Shown: positions 1-10,743, counted from the stretch's first letter. The stretch: DNA of 64,000 bases from Alphaproteobacteria bacterium (GCA_964291415.2 OZ219920.1:96001-160000), one strand, 5' to 3'. Notes: generated by a model not told the origin, from the letters alone. A program made the numbers and translations.

Positions 1-19
1 CGTCCCGTTGCGTGGTCAT
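1..19 (-). CDS. Probable 5' end of a gene running off the window edge (MTTQRD...)
   Basis: ATG at 19-17 with GGAGG 6 nt upstream; same strand as the upstream methyltransferase. Too short to identify. Confidence 0.3.
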
Positions 20-203
20 CCCATGCCTCCCGAACCCTCCCGGGCTAAGGCCGTGGGAACAGGATACGCCTCCTCGTGGGAACTCAGACTAGCGTATGCG
101 TTGCACTCGAACATGACCCGCTCTCCTCGATATGGCTCTGTACCCATGGGCTCCTCTCCTCGAGCAGAATCCACGAGCCTTGAGGCCAGGGCATGTCCAT
201 TCA

Positions 204-845
204 TCACGTCTGGAGGACTCGCCAGATCCAGCAGCGATGGCGGATGTGAGGCTCCGACGCGATGGAGGCAAAGGGCTCGCCGGTTTCTACCAGGGTCCAC
301 GAGCCTGAGTCGGCAAGAATCCTCTGGCGCGTCGCGAAGTCGTCCGGTTCGACATCCGATCGCAATGTGTAGAGAACAAGGCCGTTCGGTCGCGTGATGC
401 GGACCAGCTCGTCAAGCGCTGATGCCGGTGCATGGTTGGGGGTGAACACCCCGCACGCCGTCACGGCATCGAAGGTGTTGGAGGCATACGGGAGCCGCTT
501 GCCGAGGTCCATCACCTGGCAGTCCTCGTAGATGCCCTTGCGACGAGCAACCTCCAGCATGCCCGGCGAGAGATCGTTCGCCACCATCCGGGTGAATCCG
601 TGGGCCGCGAGGCGCTCACCCAGCATCCCGGTGCCGGCGCCGGCATCGCAGAGAAGGACGTCGGGGGAAACGTGGCGAACGACTGCCTTCGCCAGTTCGA
701 CGTGACCGCTCCAGCCGACGTCATCATTCATGGCCTCGTCGTAGACCTCGGCGGCTTCATCGTAGCGCTCGGTCAGCTGACGTTGGTCCCTGGCCTGATA
801 GAAGCGGTTGGGATCAGCACTCGCATGCGCGCGTCGGACGGTCAT
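204..845 (-). CDS. Class I SAM-dependent methyltransferase
   Basis: Motif I 'LCDAGAGTGMLG', post-I 'ANDLSPGML', 'FDAVTACGVF'. Start moved to ATG 845, which has GGAG upstream. Confidence 0.85.
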   Translation of the reverse strand: MTVRRAHASADPNRFYQARDQRQLTERYDEAAEVYDEAMNDDVGWSGHVELAKAVVRHVSPDVLLCDAGAGTGMLGERLAAHGFTRMVANDLSPGMLEVARRKGIYEDCQVMDLGKRLPYASNTFDAVTACGVFTPNHAPASALDELVRITRPNGLVLYTLRSDVEPDDFATRQRILADSGSWTLVETGEPFASIASEPHIRHRCWIWRVLQT

Positions 846-1022
846 GTGTACTCCTTCGAGACCTGGTGCGAGAAGTCTGGCGTAGGACGAGAACTTTGGA
901 AATCGCCTATGCAACGCGTTCCGGCGAAGGAGCCGGAACCGCAGTGTGAGTCGGGCGCGCCTCCCATGCCCACCACCGCCGACAGGTTCGGCGCCACCAG
1001 CCGGGCCTCGAACATGATGCGT

Positions 1023-2123
1023 TCAGGGAGCGAGGGAGCGCAGAACGTCCTCGTCGATCGTCACGCCAAGTCCCGGCGCCTGGGGCAGGCTGGCCATGCC
1101 GTCCCGGATGACATAATCGCAGGTGGCGAACTCGGAGCCGAGTTCCAGGTAGTCGTAGTAGAGTTCCGCATGAATGGAGTTCGGCATGACCGCGCAGGTA
1201 TGAAGCATGGCGACAAACGCCACGGTCGTGCTGTTCCAGCAATGGGGCGAAATGAGCACCGAATGGGCGTCTGCCATGGCACCGATCTCGAGCATCGTCA
1301 CGATGCCGCCGGCCCCGGCAATGTCGGGGTTGAGGACGTCGGCTGCCCTCCTGTCGAGGAGGTTGCGGTAGTGGCGCACCCCCGCCTGGCGCTCGCCGGT
1401 GGTGATGCGCGAAGTCGTGAGGGCGCGGAACTCGGCCAGGCCGTCAAGGTCGTCCCCGGCGAGCGGTTCCTCGATCCAGAAGGGCGCGTAGGGCTCCAAC
1501 AGACGGGCGGCGCGAAGCGCGTGGCGACGGTCCTTCTGGACGGCGAAGTCGAGCATGATGTCGACGTCCCAGCCGACTGCTTCCCGGGTCAGGCGGACGC
1601 AGGTTTCGGCATCCTCCAGAGTGGGCTGGCGCAGGGGGTAGATCTTGACGGCGCCATAGCCTTGCGAACGCATCATTGCGCAACGCCCGGCAATGGCCTG
1701 AGGCGTCTGGACCGGCCCGTCCCAGGCATTGGCGTAGACCGGCACACGGTCGATGATGGCGCCGCCAAGCATCGCATGCACGGGCATCTGCGCCGATTGT
1801 CCGGCGAGGTCCCAGAGCGCGATCTCGATCGCGCTCGTCGCCGACGCATAGTCGATCCCGGGATGCTTGTAGGACATGGGCTCCACGACGTGACGCAGGA
1901 AGGCGCGCGGACTGGCGTGCGGCATCTGTTTCAGGGCCTCGCCCAGGGCGATGATGATCTCGCACGTTGCGGGTTCCCGGTAGGTGAGGGCATAGGCTTC
2001 GCCCCAGCCGGTGAGTCCCTCGTCCGTCTCCAGTTTCACGAACACCATGGTCTGGCCCTCGGACCAGCCATCCGAACTTGGCCTGGGACCGACCAGAAAC
2101 GGTGTCACGCTGACGATCTTCAT
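1023..2123 (-). CDS. Mandelate racemase/muconate lactonizing enzyme family (enolase superfamily, DgoD-like dehydratase)
   Basis: 'FVKLETDEGLTGWGE', 'SAIEIALWDLAG', metal ligands in 'IMLD...WIEEP...TTGE', 'SPHC'. Start at MKIVSV (2123). Confidence 0.88.
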   Translation of the reverse strand: MKIVSVTPFLVGPRPSSDGWSEGQTMVFVKLETDEGLTGWGEAYALTYREPATCEIIIALGEALKQMPHASPRAFLRHVVEPMSYKHPGIDYASATSAIEIALWDLAGQSAQMPVHAMLGGAIIDRVPVYANAWDGPVQTPQAIAGRCAMMRSQGYGAVKIYPLRQPTLEDAETCVRLTREAVGWDVDIMLDFAVQKDRRHALRAARLLEPYAPFWIEEPLAGDDLDGLAEFRALTTSRITTGERQAGVRHYRNLLDRRAADVLNPDIAGAGGIVTMLEIGAMADAHSVLISPHCWNSTTVAFVAMLHTCAVMPNSIHAELYYDYLELGSEFATCDYVIRDGMASLPQAPGLGVTIDEDVLRSLAP

Positions 2124-2360
2124 CTGGAAACTCCCGGCTGACCTCGAACTCATCACGCGTCGGGCGCCAGCCCGATCAGGGACCTCGCCGCATCGGACGC
2201 GGATTTCCATAGTAGGAAGAAACGAATGACTGCGGAACTGCGGCAGCGTGCGCTCCTTCCAGCGGGCGAAGGGGCGCGATTGACGCGCCGGAAGGACATC
2301 GGCTAGTCTGCCAGCCATGTGCATGGAGGGGCGGGACCCCTCAGCCTAGGGGGCCGACCC

Positions 2361-2486
2361 ATGAAGATCGTCAATTCCCTGCGCTCGATGAAGAAGCGCC
2401 ACGCGAAGTGCCGCACCGTGCGCCGCAAGGGGCGCGTCTTCGTCATCAACAAGCAGAACCCCAGGTTCAAGGCACGCCAGGGTTGA
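2361..2486 (+). CDS. rpmJ: 50S ribosomal protein L36, Zn-free (type B) form; missed by the ORF track
   Basis: Hand translation [41 protein letters not shown] (41 aa), the typical alphaproteobacterial L36. Confidence 0.96.
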   Translation: MKIVNSLRSMKKRHAKCRTVRRKGRVFVINKQNPRFKARQG

Positions 2487-2529
2487 AGAGCCACGGCCAC
2501 GCGGTTGCCGGAGTCCGCGGACATCTGAC

Positions 2530-4023
2530 ATGACGATCGCCATGCCGCAGCCCGATCAGGGGGTTCTTGCGGCCCGCGACGGATTTCTCGGCGAACTCGC
2601 AACCATTGTTCCGCCCGACAACCTGGTTACCGATGAGGCCGGTCTGAAGACCTACGAATGCGACGGTCTGTCCGCCTATCGGGAGCTTCCCCTCGCGGTT
2701 GCCCTGCCGGAGACCACCGCAGAAGTGGCGCGCATTCTCGAACTGTGCCGGCGCCACCGCGTCAAGGTGGTGCCCCGAGGTTCGGGAACGGGTCTGTCCG
2801 GTGGTGCGCTGCCGCTCAGGGACGGACTCCTCCTCGGGCTCGGAAAGTTCAATCGCATCCTCGATATCGACTACGCCAACCGCTGCGTGACCGTGCAGCC
2901 GGGTGTGACCAACCTCGCCATCTCGCAGGCAGTGGACCATCGCGGATTCTACTACGCGCCTGATCCGTCGAGTCAGCTCGCCTGTTCGATCGGCGGCAAT
3001 GTCGCCGAGAACTCGGGCGGGGTGCATTGTCTGAAATACGGTGTGACGACCAACAATCTCCTCGGCCTCGAAATCGTGCTGATGTCCGGCGACGTCGTCA
3101 GGATTGGTGGCAAGTACATGGACAGCGACGGGTATGATCTGCTCGGTATCGTCACCGGATCGGAGGGGCTGCTCGGTGTCATCACCGAGGTGACCGTGCG
3201 CATCCTCCCCAAGCCTGCCTCCGTGAGTACCCTTCTCATCGGCTTCGATGGTCTCGTTCCGGCAGGCGAATGCGTGGCGGGAATCATCGCTTCGGGCATC
3301 ATTCCGGCAGGCCTCGAGATGATGGACAGGGCCGCGGTGCACGCCACCGAGGAATTCTGCAAGGCAGGGTATCCTCTCGATGTCGAGGCCCTGCTGATCT
3401 GCGAACTCGACGGTCCCGGGCCGGAAGTCGGCGAGCTTGCCCGCAGGGTCGAGACGATCGCAGGAGATCTCGGGGCGCGCGTCATCAGGAGGGCGGCCAG
3501 CGAGGAAGAAAGGGAACGCTTCTGGCTGGGGCGCAAGTCGGCCTTTCCTGCGGTGGGCCGGATATCGCCCGATTACTATTGCATCGACGGCACCATCCCG
3601 CGGAGACGATTGGCGGAGGTCCTGACGCGCATGGAGGATCTGTCTGCGCGCCATGGCCTCGGGGTGGTCAATGTCTTTCATGCCGGCGACGGCAACCTTC
3701 ATCCCCTGATCATGTACGACATCGACAAGCCGGGCGATCTGGAAAGGGCGGAGGCTCTCGCCCGCGACATCCTGACCCTGTGTGTCGAGGTCGGTGGTGT
3801 CCTGAGCGGAGAGCACGGGATCGGCGTCGAGAAGCGCGATCTCATGGGGACCATGTTTTCGGATGCGGACCTCAAGCAGCAGCAGAGGGTGAAGTGCGCC
3901 TTTGATCCTGATGGACTGCTCAATCCGGGGAAGGTGTTCCCCGTTCTCCACCGGTGCGCCGAACTCGGACACATGCATGTCCACAGGGGTGAGGTGCCCT
4001 TTCCCGATCTTCCGCGGTTCTGA
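2530..4023 (+). CDS. glcD: Glycolate oxidase subunit GlcD (FAD-linked oxidase)
   Basis: 'PRGSGTGLSGG', 'PDPSS..ACSIGGNVAENSGG.HCLKYG', 'HAGDGNLHP', 'GEHGIG.EK'; first gene of glcDEF. Confidence 0.93.
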   Translation: MTIAMPQPDQGVLAARDGFLGELATIVPPDNLVTDEAGLKTYECDGLSAYRELPLAVALPETTAEVARILELCRRHRVKVVPRGSGTGLSGGALPLRDGLLLGLGKFNRILDIDYANRCVTVQPGVTNLAISQAVDHRGFYYAPDPSSQLACSIGGNVAENSGGVHCLKYGVTTNNLLGLEIVLMSGDVVRIGGKYMDSDGYDLLGIVTGSEGLLGVITEVTVRILPKPASVSTLLIGFDGLVPAGECVAGIIASGIIPAGLEMMDRAAVHATEEFCKAGYPLDVEALLICELDGPGPEVGELARRVETIAGDLGARVIRRAASEEERERFWLGRKSAFPAVGRISPDYYCIDGTIPRRRLAEVLTRMEDLSARHGLGVVNVFHAGDGNLHPLIMYDIDKPGDLERAEALARDILTLCVEVGGVLSGEHGIGVEKRDLMGTMFSDADLKQQQRVKCAFDPDGLLNPGKVFPVLHRCAELGHMHVHRGEVPFPDLPRF

Positions 4024-4028
4024 CCGCC

Positions 4029-5246
4029 ATGACCGGGACAACCTTTCACCCGGTGGATGAGAAGGAACTCGCCGGCCTTGTGGCCTGGGCCGCCTCCGAT
4101 GGAGTGCCTCTGGAGATCATCGGCAGCGGGAGCAAGCGGGGACTGGGTCACGCCATCGCCGCGGACCATGTGGTCGACATGTCTGAGCGCGCCGGAATCG
4201 TCGACTACGAACCAGCCGAACTGGTACTCACGGTGGAAGCGGGAACCACGCTCTCCACGATCGAGACACATCTCGGGGAGGCGAACCAGCAGATGGCCTT
4301 CGACCCCCCGGATTACGGTCCCCTGCTGGGCCATCCGGCGGCCAGGGCGACCATTGGCGGAATCATGGCCGGCAACCTCTCGGGGCCGCGGCGGGTCAGC
4401 GCCGGGGCTGCGCGCGATCATGCACTGGGCCTGGAGGCGGTGACCGGCCGGGGCGAGGTGATCCGGGCTGGCGGCCGCGTGATGAAGAACGTGACCGGCT
4501 ACGATGTCACCAGATTGCTGTGTGGATCCTGGGGTACGCTGGCGGTCATCACCCGGCTTTCGATCAAGGTCCTGCCGGCACCCGAAAAGACCCGCACCCT
4601 CCTTGTCACGGGCCTGACGCCTTCCGCGGGCTGTCGGGTCATGGATGAGGTTCTTGCCTCGCCGCATTGTGTCTCGGCAGCCGCCTGGCTGCCGGCCGAC
4701 ATGGCGTCGAAGTCAGCCGTCGGTTACGTTTCGTCACCAGGAGCCGCGGTCACGGCGGTGCGGATCGAGGGGCCCCCGGCATCGGTACTCGCCCGCCATG
4801 ACAGTCTGCGGTCCATGCTTGCCACGCATGGACCGGTGGAGGAACTTCATGGCCGCAATTCCGGAGTGCTCTGGAAGGAGGTGCGTGACGTGGCAGCCTT
4901 CGTGGAACCCGAGGCTGCTGTCATGCGCCTGTCGGTGCCGCCGGCTTCGGGCGCCGCTGCCTGCGATCGCGTCACGGCGGCAGGCGGTCAGGCCTTTCTC
5001 GACTGGGGTGGGGGACTCGTCTGGTGCGCGTTCAAACCATCGCCGGTGACAGCCGCGGCCATCAGGGACATTGCGACGGGCCTTGACGGTCACGCGACGC
5101 TCATCCGGGCTGGCGAGGAACTCAAGGCCGAAGTGCCCGTCTTCCATCCCCAGCCGGCGGAGCGGCGCGGCCTCACCCGGCGCATTCGCGAAGGGTTTGA
5201 TCCTTGCGGCATCCTCAATCCCGGCCGCATGGGCATGGTGAACTAG
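4029..5246 (+). CDS. glcE: Glycolate oxidase FAD-binding subunit GlcE
   Basis: 'YEPAELV', 'GGRVMKNVTGYD', 'DWGGGLVW', 'FDPCGILNPGR'; lies between glcD and glcF. Confidence 0.92.
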   Translation: MTGTTFHPVDEKELAGLVAWAASDGVPLEIIGSGSKRGLGHAIAADHVVDMSERAGIVDYEPAELVLTVEAGTTLSTIETHLGEANQQMAFDPPDYGPLLGHPAARATIGGIMAGNLSGPRRVSAGAARDHALGLEAVTGRGEVIRAGGRVMKNVTGYDVTRLLCGSWGTLAVITRLSIKVLPAPEKTRTLLVTGLTPSAGCRVMDEVLASPHCVSAAAWLPADMASKSAVGYVSSPGAAVTAVRIEGPPASVLARHDSLRSMLATHGPVEELHGRNSGVLWKEVRDVAAFVEPEAAVMRLSVPPASGAAACDRVTAAGGQAFLDWGGGLVWCAFKPSPVTAAAIRDIATGLDGHATLIRAGEELKAEVPVFHPQPAERRGLTRRIREGFDPCGILNPGRMGMVN

Positions 5247-5250
5247 AGCG

Positions 5251-6519
5251 ATGCACACGGCGATCAGTCTCGCGGCCCTGGCGGATCCGCAGGTGAAGGA
5301 AGCGGAACGCGTTCTCAAGACATGCGTGCATTGCGGAATGTGTCTGGCGACGTGTCCGACCTATCTCCTCCTCGGTGACGAACGTGACAGTCCGAGAGGC
5401 CGCATCTACCTCATCAAGGGCATGCTGGAGAACGTGGAGCCTCCGCAGGACACCACGGTCCGCCACATCGACCGCTGTTTGACCTGTCTTTCCTGCATGA
5501 CGACGTGTCCGTCGGGGGTGAACTACAGGCACCTCGTGGACCATGCCCGCAGCCACATCGAGATGACCCATCGCCGCAGGCCCCTCGACAGGTGGCTGCG
5601 GCGTCTGCTGACGTGGGTTCTTCCGTCTCCCTGGCGGTTTCGCCTGGCGCTTGCCGGCGCTCTCGTCGTGCGGCCTGTGGCATGGATGCTGCCTGCACCG
5701 CTCCGAGGCATGGTCAGAATGGCGCCCGGTTCATTGCCGTCGCCCTCGTGGAGCGATGTCCCGGCGGTCCATCGCGCCCGTGGCGAACGCCGGACGAGGG
5801 TCGCCCTCCACACCGGCTGCGCGCAACAGGTCCTGGCGCCGCACATCAACGAGGCGACAATCCGGCTGCTCACCCGCCTGGGTTGTGAGGTGGTGGTGTC
5901 GCCCGGGGGCGGCTGCTGCGGTGCGCTCGTCCATCACCTGGGCCAAGTCGAGGATGCGAAGGCCGCGGCGCGGCGCAACATCGCCGCGTGGGAAGCGTCA
6001 GGCCCCCTCGATGCCGTGGTGAGCAACGCCTCGGGTTGCGGCAGCCAGCTCAAGGACTACGGCGGTCTTCTGGCTGATGATCCGGAGTGGGCCGAACGTG
6101 CCCGAGCAGTGGCCGCCAGGGTTGTCGATGTCGCGGAAGTCATCGAGCCGCTGCTCAAGCCGTCGCAACCGCCATCGCAGGCGCCCGGGATTGCCTGTCA
6201 TGTCCCCTGCTCCCTTCAGCACGGCCAGGGCCTTGGCGACCTTCCTGCCCGATTGCTGAGACGTTGCGGTTTCGTCGTGAAGGATATCGACGAGGGGCAC
6301 ATCTGTTGCGGATCGGCCGGCACCTACAATCTGCTGCAGGACGGGCTGTCGCGCCGCCTCCTGAAACGCAAGTGCGCTCACATCGCCGCTGCGGACGCCG
6401 ATGTCGTGGCCACCGGAAACATCGGCTGCATGGTGCAGATTGCCAGGGGCACGCCCCTGCCGGTGCGCCACACGGTGGAACTTCTCGACTGGGCCACCGG
6501 CGGGCCGCCTCCACAATGA
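5251..6519 (+). CDS. glcF: Glycolate oxidase iron-sulfur subunit GlcF
   Basis: Two 4Fe-4S motifs (CVHCGMCLATCP; CLTCLSCMTTCP) and two CCG domains (CCGA, CCGSAG). Confidence 0.93.
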   Translation: MHTAISLAALADPQVKEAERVLKTCVHCGMCLATCPTYLLLGDERDSPRGRIYLIKGMLENVEPPQDTTVRHIDRCLTCLSCMTTCPSGVNYRHLVDHARSHIEMTHRRRPLDRWLRRLLTWVLPSPWRFRLALAGALVVRPVAWMLPAPLRGMVRMAPGSLPSPSWSDVPAVHRARGERRTRVALHTGCAQQVLAPHINEATIRLLTRLGCEVVVSPGGGCCGALVHHLGQVEDAKAAARRNIAAWEASGPLDAVVSNASGCGSQLKDYGGLLADDPEWAERARAVAARVVDVAEVIEPLLKPSQPPSQAPGIACHVPCSLQHGQGLGDLPARLLRRCGFVVKDIDEGHICCGSAGTYNLLQDGLSRRLLKRKCAHIAAADADVVATGNIGCMVQIARGTPLPVRHTVELLDWATGGPPPQ

Positions 6520-6530
6520 TGGTGAGGAAC

Positions 6531-7085
6531 ATGATACGCCTTCTGACGGGCCTCGTCGTTGCCGGACACCTTCTCCAGGCTGCGCCTCTTGGCGCGGCAC
6601 AGGATGATCCGCGACTGGATGCGCTGTTCACGCAGCTTCACGAGACCCTGGACGAACGCCTGGCGATGCAGCTCCAGCAGGAAATCTGGACAGTATGGCT
6701 GCATTCGGACGACCCGGAGCTCGCAGACCTGATGCGGGGCGGCAGGGTGCTCATGCTGCACGGCAATCACGCCGGAGCGGTCAGGGTGTTCAGCCGGCTG
6801 ATCGAACTGGCTCCGGACTTTGCCGAGGCATGGAACAAGCGGGCAACCGTCTTCTATCTCATGGGACGCCTGGATGACTCCATCGCAGACTGCATGCGGG
6901 TTCTCGAACTCGAGCCCAGGCACTTCGGCGCCCTCTCCGGGCTCGGACTGATCCACACGGCGCTTGGCGACCCTGAAACCGCGCTTTACTGGTTCCGGGA
7001 GGCCCTGAAGCAGAATCCTCACATGCCGGCCATCAGGGAGCGGGCGGACGATCTTGCCAACGAAGTCGAGGGCGAACCCATCTGA
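6531..7085 (+). CDS. Exported tetratricopeptide-repeat protein
   Basis: Signal-peptide-like N-terminus; TPRs 'APDFAEAWNKRATVFY' and 'LEPRHFGALSGLGLI'. GAGGA precedes ATG 6531; alternative start 6516. Confidence 0.82.
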   Translation: MIRLLTGLVVAGHLLQAAPLGAAQDDPRLDALFTQLHETLDERLAMQLQQEIWTVWLHSDDPELADLMRGGRVLMLHGNHAGAVRVFSRLIELAPDFAEAWNKRATVFYLMGRLDDSIADCMRVLELEPRHFGALSGLGLIHTALGDPETALYWFREALKQNPHMPAIRERADDLANEVEGEPI

Positions 7086-7102
7086 TTCCGCCCGACTCTC
7101 GC

Positions 7103-7612
7103 CTAGCTGCGCTCCAGGGAGCCCTCGTGACGCAGCAGCCACTCCTTGCGCCCGAGGCCGCCGCCGTAACCGGTCAGTGTCCCGTCCGCGCCGATCACGC
7201 GATGGCAGGGATGGACGATGGCGATCGGGTTGCGACCGTTCGCCTGTCCCACGGCCCGGCTGGCCCGGGGACTGCCGACTCTCCTCGCCAGCTCGGCGTA
7301 ACTGATGGTCGCGCCACAGGGAATCGTGCGCAGGGATTGCCAGACGGACTGCTGGAAGTTCGTCCCCGAGGGTCGCGTGGGGATGGTCTCGATGGCATCG
7401 AGTTGACCGCCAAGATATGCGGTAATCCGGTCGGCGATGCCTGACGGATCCGATGCCGCGCGTCGAACCCCCTGCGGGTACTGCCTGGCGACAAGGTCGT
7501 CGAACCGGCCTTCATCGTCCATGAAGTCGAGGATTTCCAGTGTCTCGCCGTCGATCACCATGCCGATGGGGCCAATCGGGCTCGCCAGTACAGTCATGTA
7601 GGGCTCGGACAT
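7103..7612 (-). CDS. ogt: Methylated-DNA--protein-cysteine S-methyltransferase
   Basis: Active site 'PCHRV'; 'GT.FQ..VW..L..IP.G.T.SY', 'RAVG.ANG.NP', 'GYGGG'. Confidence 0.93.
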   Translation of the reverse strand: MSEPYMTVLASPIGPIGMVIDGETLEILDFMDDEGRFDDLVARQYPQGVRRAASDPSGIADRITAYLGGQLDAIETIPTRPSGTNFQQSVWQSLRTIPCGATISYAELARRVGSPRASRAVGQANGRNPIAIVHPCHRVIGADGTLTGYGGGLGRKEWLLRHEGSLERS

Positions 7613-7766
7613 GGTTGCCACCTTCAGGAAGCCGGGGAAGACCTATCCTACTCACCGCGGCCTTCTCCGACGACAGGCCTGTTGTGGACGGATTCCCGGG
7701 CGCGAACACCTCTGGAATGAGGGTGCGGAATGGGGTACCTGATGATGCGTCAGATCGGGGATTACC

Positions 7767-7961
7767 ATGAGCGTCGAACCTCCTGAAGTCGTGGAAACCG
7801 ACAACCCGAAGGTCTGGTGCGATGGTGGAGGGGTTCTGGGACACCCCCGGGTCTACTACGACCTCAGCGCCCACGGCGCGGTCGATTGCGGCTACTGCGA
7901 CAGGCGGTTCGTCTGGTTGGGCTACAAGGGGACGGACGGGCGCTCCGGGTCTTCCGAATGA
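7767..7961 (+). CDS. Small zinc-finger (zf-CHCC) protein
   Basis: 'VWCDGG...GHPRVY...CGYC.RRF', the CHCC pattern. Confidence 0.85.
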   Translation: MSVEPPEVVETDNPKVWCDGGGVLGHPRVYYDLSAHGAVDCGYCDRRFVWLGYKGTDGRSGSSE

Positions 7962-7995
7962 CGCCGTACCGCGGCAGGGATACGGGGTAAGCGCC

Positions 7996-10698
7996 ATGGC
8001 GTCGTGCCGGCACATGTTCCTGATCGATGCCTCGGGGTTCATCTTCCGTGCTTTCCACGCCCTGCCGGCCATGCACCGGTCGGACGGGACGCCGGTGAAT
8101 GCGGTCAGGGGTTTCTGCAACATGATCATGAAGGTGATCGGTGACACGGACGCCGATCACATTGCCTGCGTCTTCGACCATAGTTCGCGGAGCTTTCGCA
8201 ACGACATCTACGATCTCTACAAGGCCCATCGGCCGGAGACGCCCGAAGACCTCGTGCCCCAGTTCCCGCTGATCAGGGAGGCGGCGAGGGCGTTCAACCT
8301 TCCGGTGGTGGAGATGGAGGGCTACGAGGCCGACGACATCATCGCCACCTACGCCCGCATCGCCAGCGAAGCCGGTGCCAGGACCACCATCGTGTCGTCG
8401 GACAAGGACCTCATGCAGCTGGTGACGGACCAGGTGACCATGCAGGACGGGATGAAGGACCGGACCATCGGCGCAGAGGAGGTTGTGGAGAAGTTCGGTG
8501 TTCTTCCCGACAGGGTGGTCGACGTCCAGGCGCTGGCCGGCGATTCGGTGGACAATGTGCCGGGCGTGCCCGGTATCGGAGTCAAGACCGCGGCCACGCT
8601 CATCAAGGAATACGGTGACCTGGAGACCCTTCTCGAGCGGGCCCACGAAATCAGGCAACCCAAGCGGCGCGAGAATCTGCTGGAACACGCCGATGATGCA
8701 CGGATGTCGCTGCGACTTGTGACACTCGATCGCCACGTACCCCATTTGACACCCCTCGAGGAACTCGTCCGGCAGGAGCCGGATGCCGACACCCTCATGG
8801 CGTTCCTGCAGTCCCAGGACTTCCGGACACTCGTGACCAGGGCCGCGGCCTGGATGGGCCAGAGAGTGGACACCGTGGTACCCGAGGCGCCGCAATCCGT
8901 TGCCTACGAACTTGTCCAGGACGTGGCGGACCTCGAACGCCGGGTGGCCGAAGCGACACGCCACGGCCTTGTGGCCATCGATACGGAAACCACGGGTCTC
9001 GATGCCATGTCCGCCGACCTTGTCGGCATCTCGCTTTCCACGCGCCCCGGCACCGGCTGTTACATTCCGCTGGCTCACAGATCCTCCGAACTGATGCTCG
9101 AGACACCGCGACAGCTTGCGCCCGGGACGGTACGCGAGGTGCTGGCGCCGATGCTTGCGGACCCTGCGGTGCTCAAGGTCGGTCACAACATCAAGTACGA
9201 CTGTCACATGCTTGCCCGCGCCGGCATGCCGGTCCATCCGGTGGATGACACCATGCTGCTGTCATGGTGCCTGGACGCCGGCAAGCACCGGCATTCCATC
9301 GACATCCTCGCTTCGACGCATCTCGATCGCCAGGTGACCTCCTTCAAGGATGTGGCCGGCCGGGGCAAGTCCCAGGTGACCTTCGATCTGGTTCCCCTTG
9401 ACCGGGCCCGCGACTACGCGGCGGAGGACGCCGATGTGACGCTGGGCCTGTGGCATCGCTTGAGGCCGCGCCTCGTTCCGGAACGCATCACGAGGATTTA
9501 CGAGACCGTCGAACGGCCGTTGATTCCCGTCCTCGCCGCCATGGAGCGTGCCGGGATCAAGGTGGACCGGGAGCAACTGGAACGCCTCTCGGGCGAATTC
9601 GGCCGGCGCATCCGGGATCTGGAAGGCGAGATCCACGCCCTTGCCGGAAGGCCCTTCACCATCGGTTCGCCGAAACAGCTGGGGGAGATCCTGTTTGACG
9701 AGATGGGACTGGATGACGGCCGGAAACGTTCCACGGGCGCCGACGTTCTCGAGGGACTTGCGGCCCAGGGCCACGAGTTGCCCGCCCGGGTGCTCGAGTG
9801 GCGCCAGCTGTCGAAACTGAAGAGCACCTACACCGATACGCTCGTCGAGCAGATCAATCCGGCCACGGAGCGGGTCCACACGTCGTTTTCCATGGCGGCC
9901 GCACCCACCGGACGCCTCGCCTCCACGGATCCCAATCTCCAGAACATTCCGGTTCGAACCGAGGAAGGGCGCCGCATCCGCAGCGCCTTTGTTGCGGAAC
10001 CGGGCCATCTCCTGATGTCGGCGGACTACTCCCAGATCGAGCTGCGTCTGCTGGCCCACATTGCCGACATCGCGTCGCTCAAGCAGGCCTTCCACGACGG
10101 CATCGACATCCACGCCATGACCGCAAGCGAGGTGTTCGGTGTTCCTCTGGAGACAATGGACCCGCTCACCAGGCGCAATGCCAAGGCCATCAACTTCGGT
10201 ATCATCTACGGTATCAGCGCCTTCGGACTGGCGCGCCAGCTCTCCATCGGCCGCGATGAGGCCAGGAACTACATCGACGCCTACTTCGCGCGCTATCCCG
10301 GCATCCGAGGCTACATGGACCGCACCATCGCCGTAGCCCGCGAAGCGGGCCATGTCACGACGCTGTTTGGCAGAAAGTGCCATCTTCCCGGCATCACGAA
10401 CTCCAAGGGACCGGCCCGCGCCTACAGCGAGCGGGCGGCGATCAATGCGCCGCTCCAGGGATCGGCCGCCGACGTCATCAAGCGCGCCATGATACGCATT
10501 CCCGGCGCCCTGGAAGCAGAGGGCCTGACGGCGCGCATGCTCCTGCAGGTGCACGACGAACTGCTCTTCGAGGTGCCCGAGGCCGAGGTCGCGGCGACGG
10601 CGCAGTGCGTTCGTGGAATCATGGAAGACGCCGCTCACCTCGATGTGCCGTTGACGGTGGATGTCGGCCTGGGCGCCGACTGGAACGCTGCGCACTAG
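7996..10698 (+). CDS. polA: DNA polymerase I
   Basis: 5'-3' exonuclease 'LIDAS..FRAFHA', 'EADD'; 3'-5' exonuclease 'DTETT', 'YAAEDAD'; polymerase motifs 'DYSQIELR', 'RRNAKAINFGIIYG', 'QVHDEL'. Confidence 0.97.
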   Translation: MASCRHMFLIDASGFIFRAFHALPAMHRSDGTPVNAVRGFCNMIMKVIGDTDADHIACVFDHSSRSFRNDIYDLYKAHRPETPEDLVPQFPLIREAARAFNLPVVEMEGYEADDIIATYARIASEAGARTTIVSSDKDLMQLVTDQVTMQDGMKDRTIGAEEVVEKFGVLPDRVVDVQALAGDSVDNVPGVPGIGVKTAATLIKEYGDLETLLERAHEIRQPKRRENLLEHADDARMSLRLVTLDRHVPHLTPLEELVRQEPDADTLMAFLQSQDFRTLVTRAAAWMGQRVDTVVPEAPQSVAYELVQDVADLERRVAEATRHGLVAIDTETTGLDAMSADLVGISLSTRPGTGCYIPLAHRSSELMLETPRQLAPGTVREVLAPMLADPAVLKVGHNIKYDCHMLARAGMPVHPVDDTMLLSWCLDAGKHRHSIDILASTHLDRQVTSFKDVAGRGKSQVTFDLVPLDRARDYAAEDADVTLGLWHRLRPRLVPERITRIYETVERPLIPVLAAMERAGIKVDREQLERLSGEFGRRIRDLEGEIHALAGRPFTIGSPKQLGEILFDEMGLDDGRKRSTGADVLEGLAAQGHELPARVLEWRQLSKLKSTYTDTLVEQINPATERVHTSFSMAAAPTGRLASTDPNLQNIPVRTEEGRRIRSAFVAEPGHLLMSADYSQIELRLLAHIADIASLKQAFHDGIDIHAMTASEVFGVPLETMDPLTRRNAKAINFGIIYGISAFGLARQLSIGRDEARNYIDAYFARYPGIRGYMDRTIAVAREAGHVTTLFGRKCHLPGITNSKGPARAYSERAAINAPLQGSAADVIKRAMIRIPGALEAEGLTARMLLQVHDELLFEVPEAEVAATAQCVRGIMEDAAHLDVPLTVDVGLGADWNAAH

Positions 10699-10743
10699 GA
10701 GCCGGGCCGATCCTGCGGTGAGGCACGGTGGTCGGACGGCCGG

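Noticed and set aside
432-2141. 569-aa plus-strand ORF and other long antisense ORFs (e.g. 2467-4041, 9262-12084, 19784-21508, 28934-31138, 33608-35416, 49648-51528)
   Set aside because: Shadow frames opposite or overlapping well-supported genes; expected in high-GC DNA and lacking any family motif.
2361-2486. Zn-free L36 as a sign of a zinc-starvation paralogue
   Set aside because: This form is the normal L36 in alphaproteobacteria; no paired L31 paralogue or Zur box was seen.
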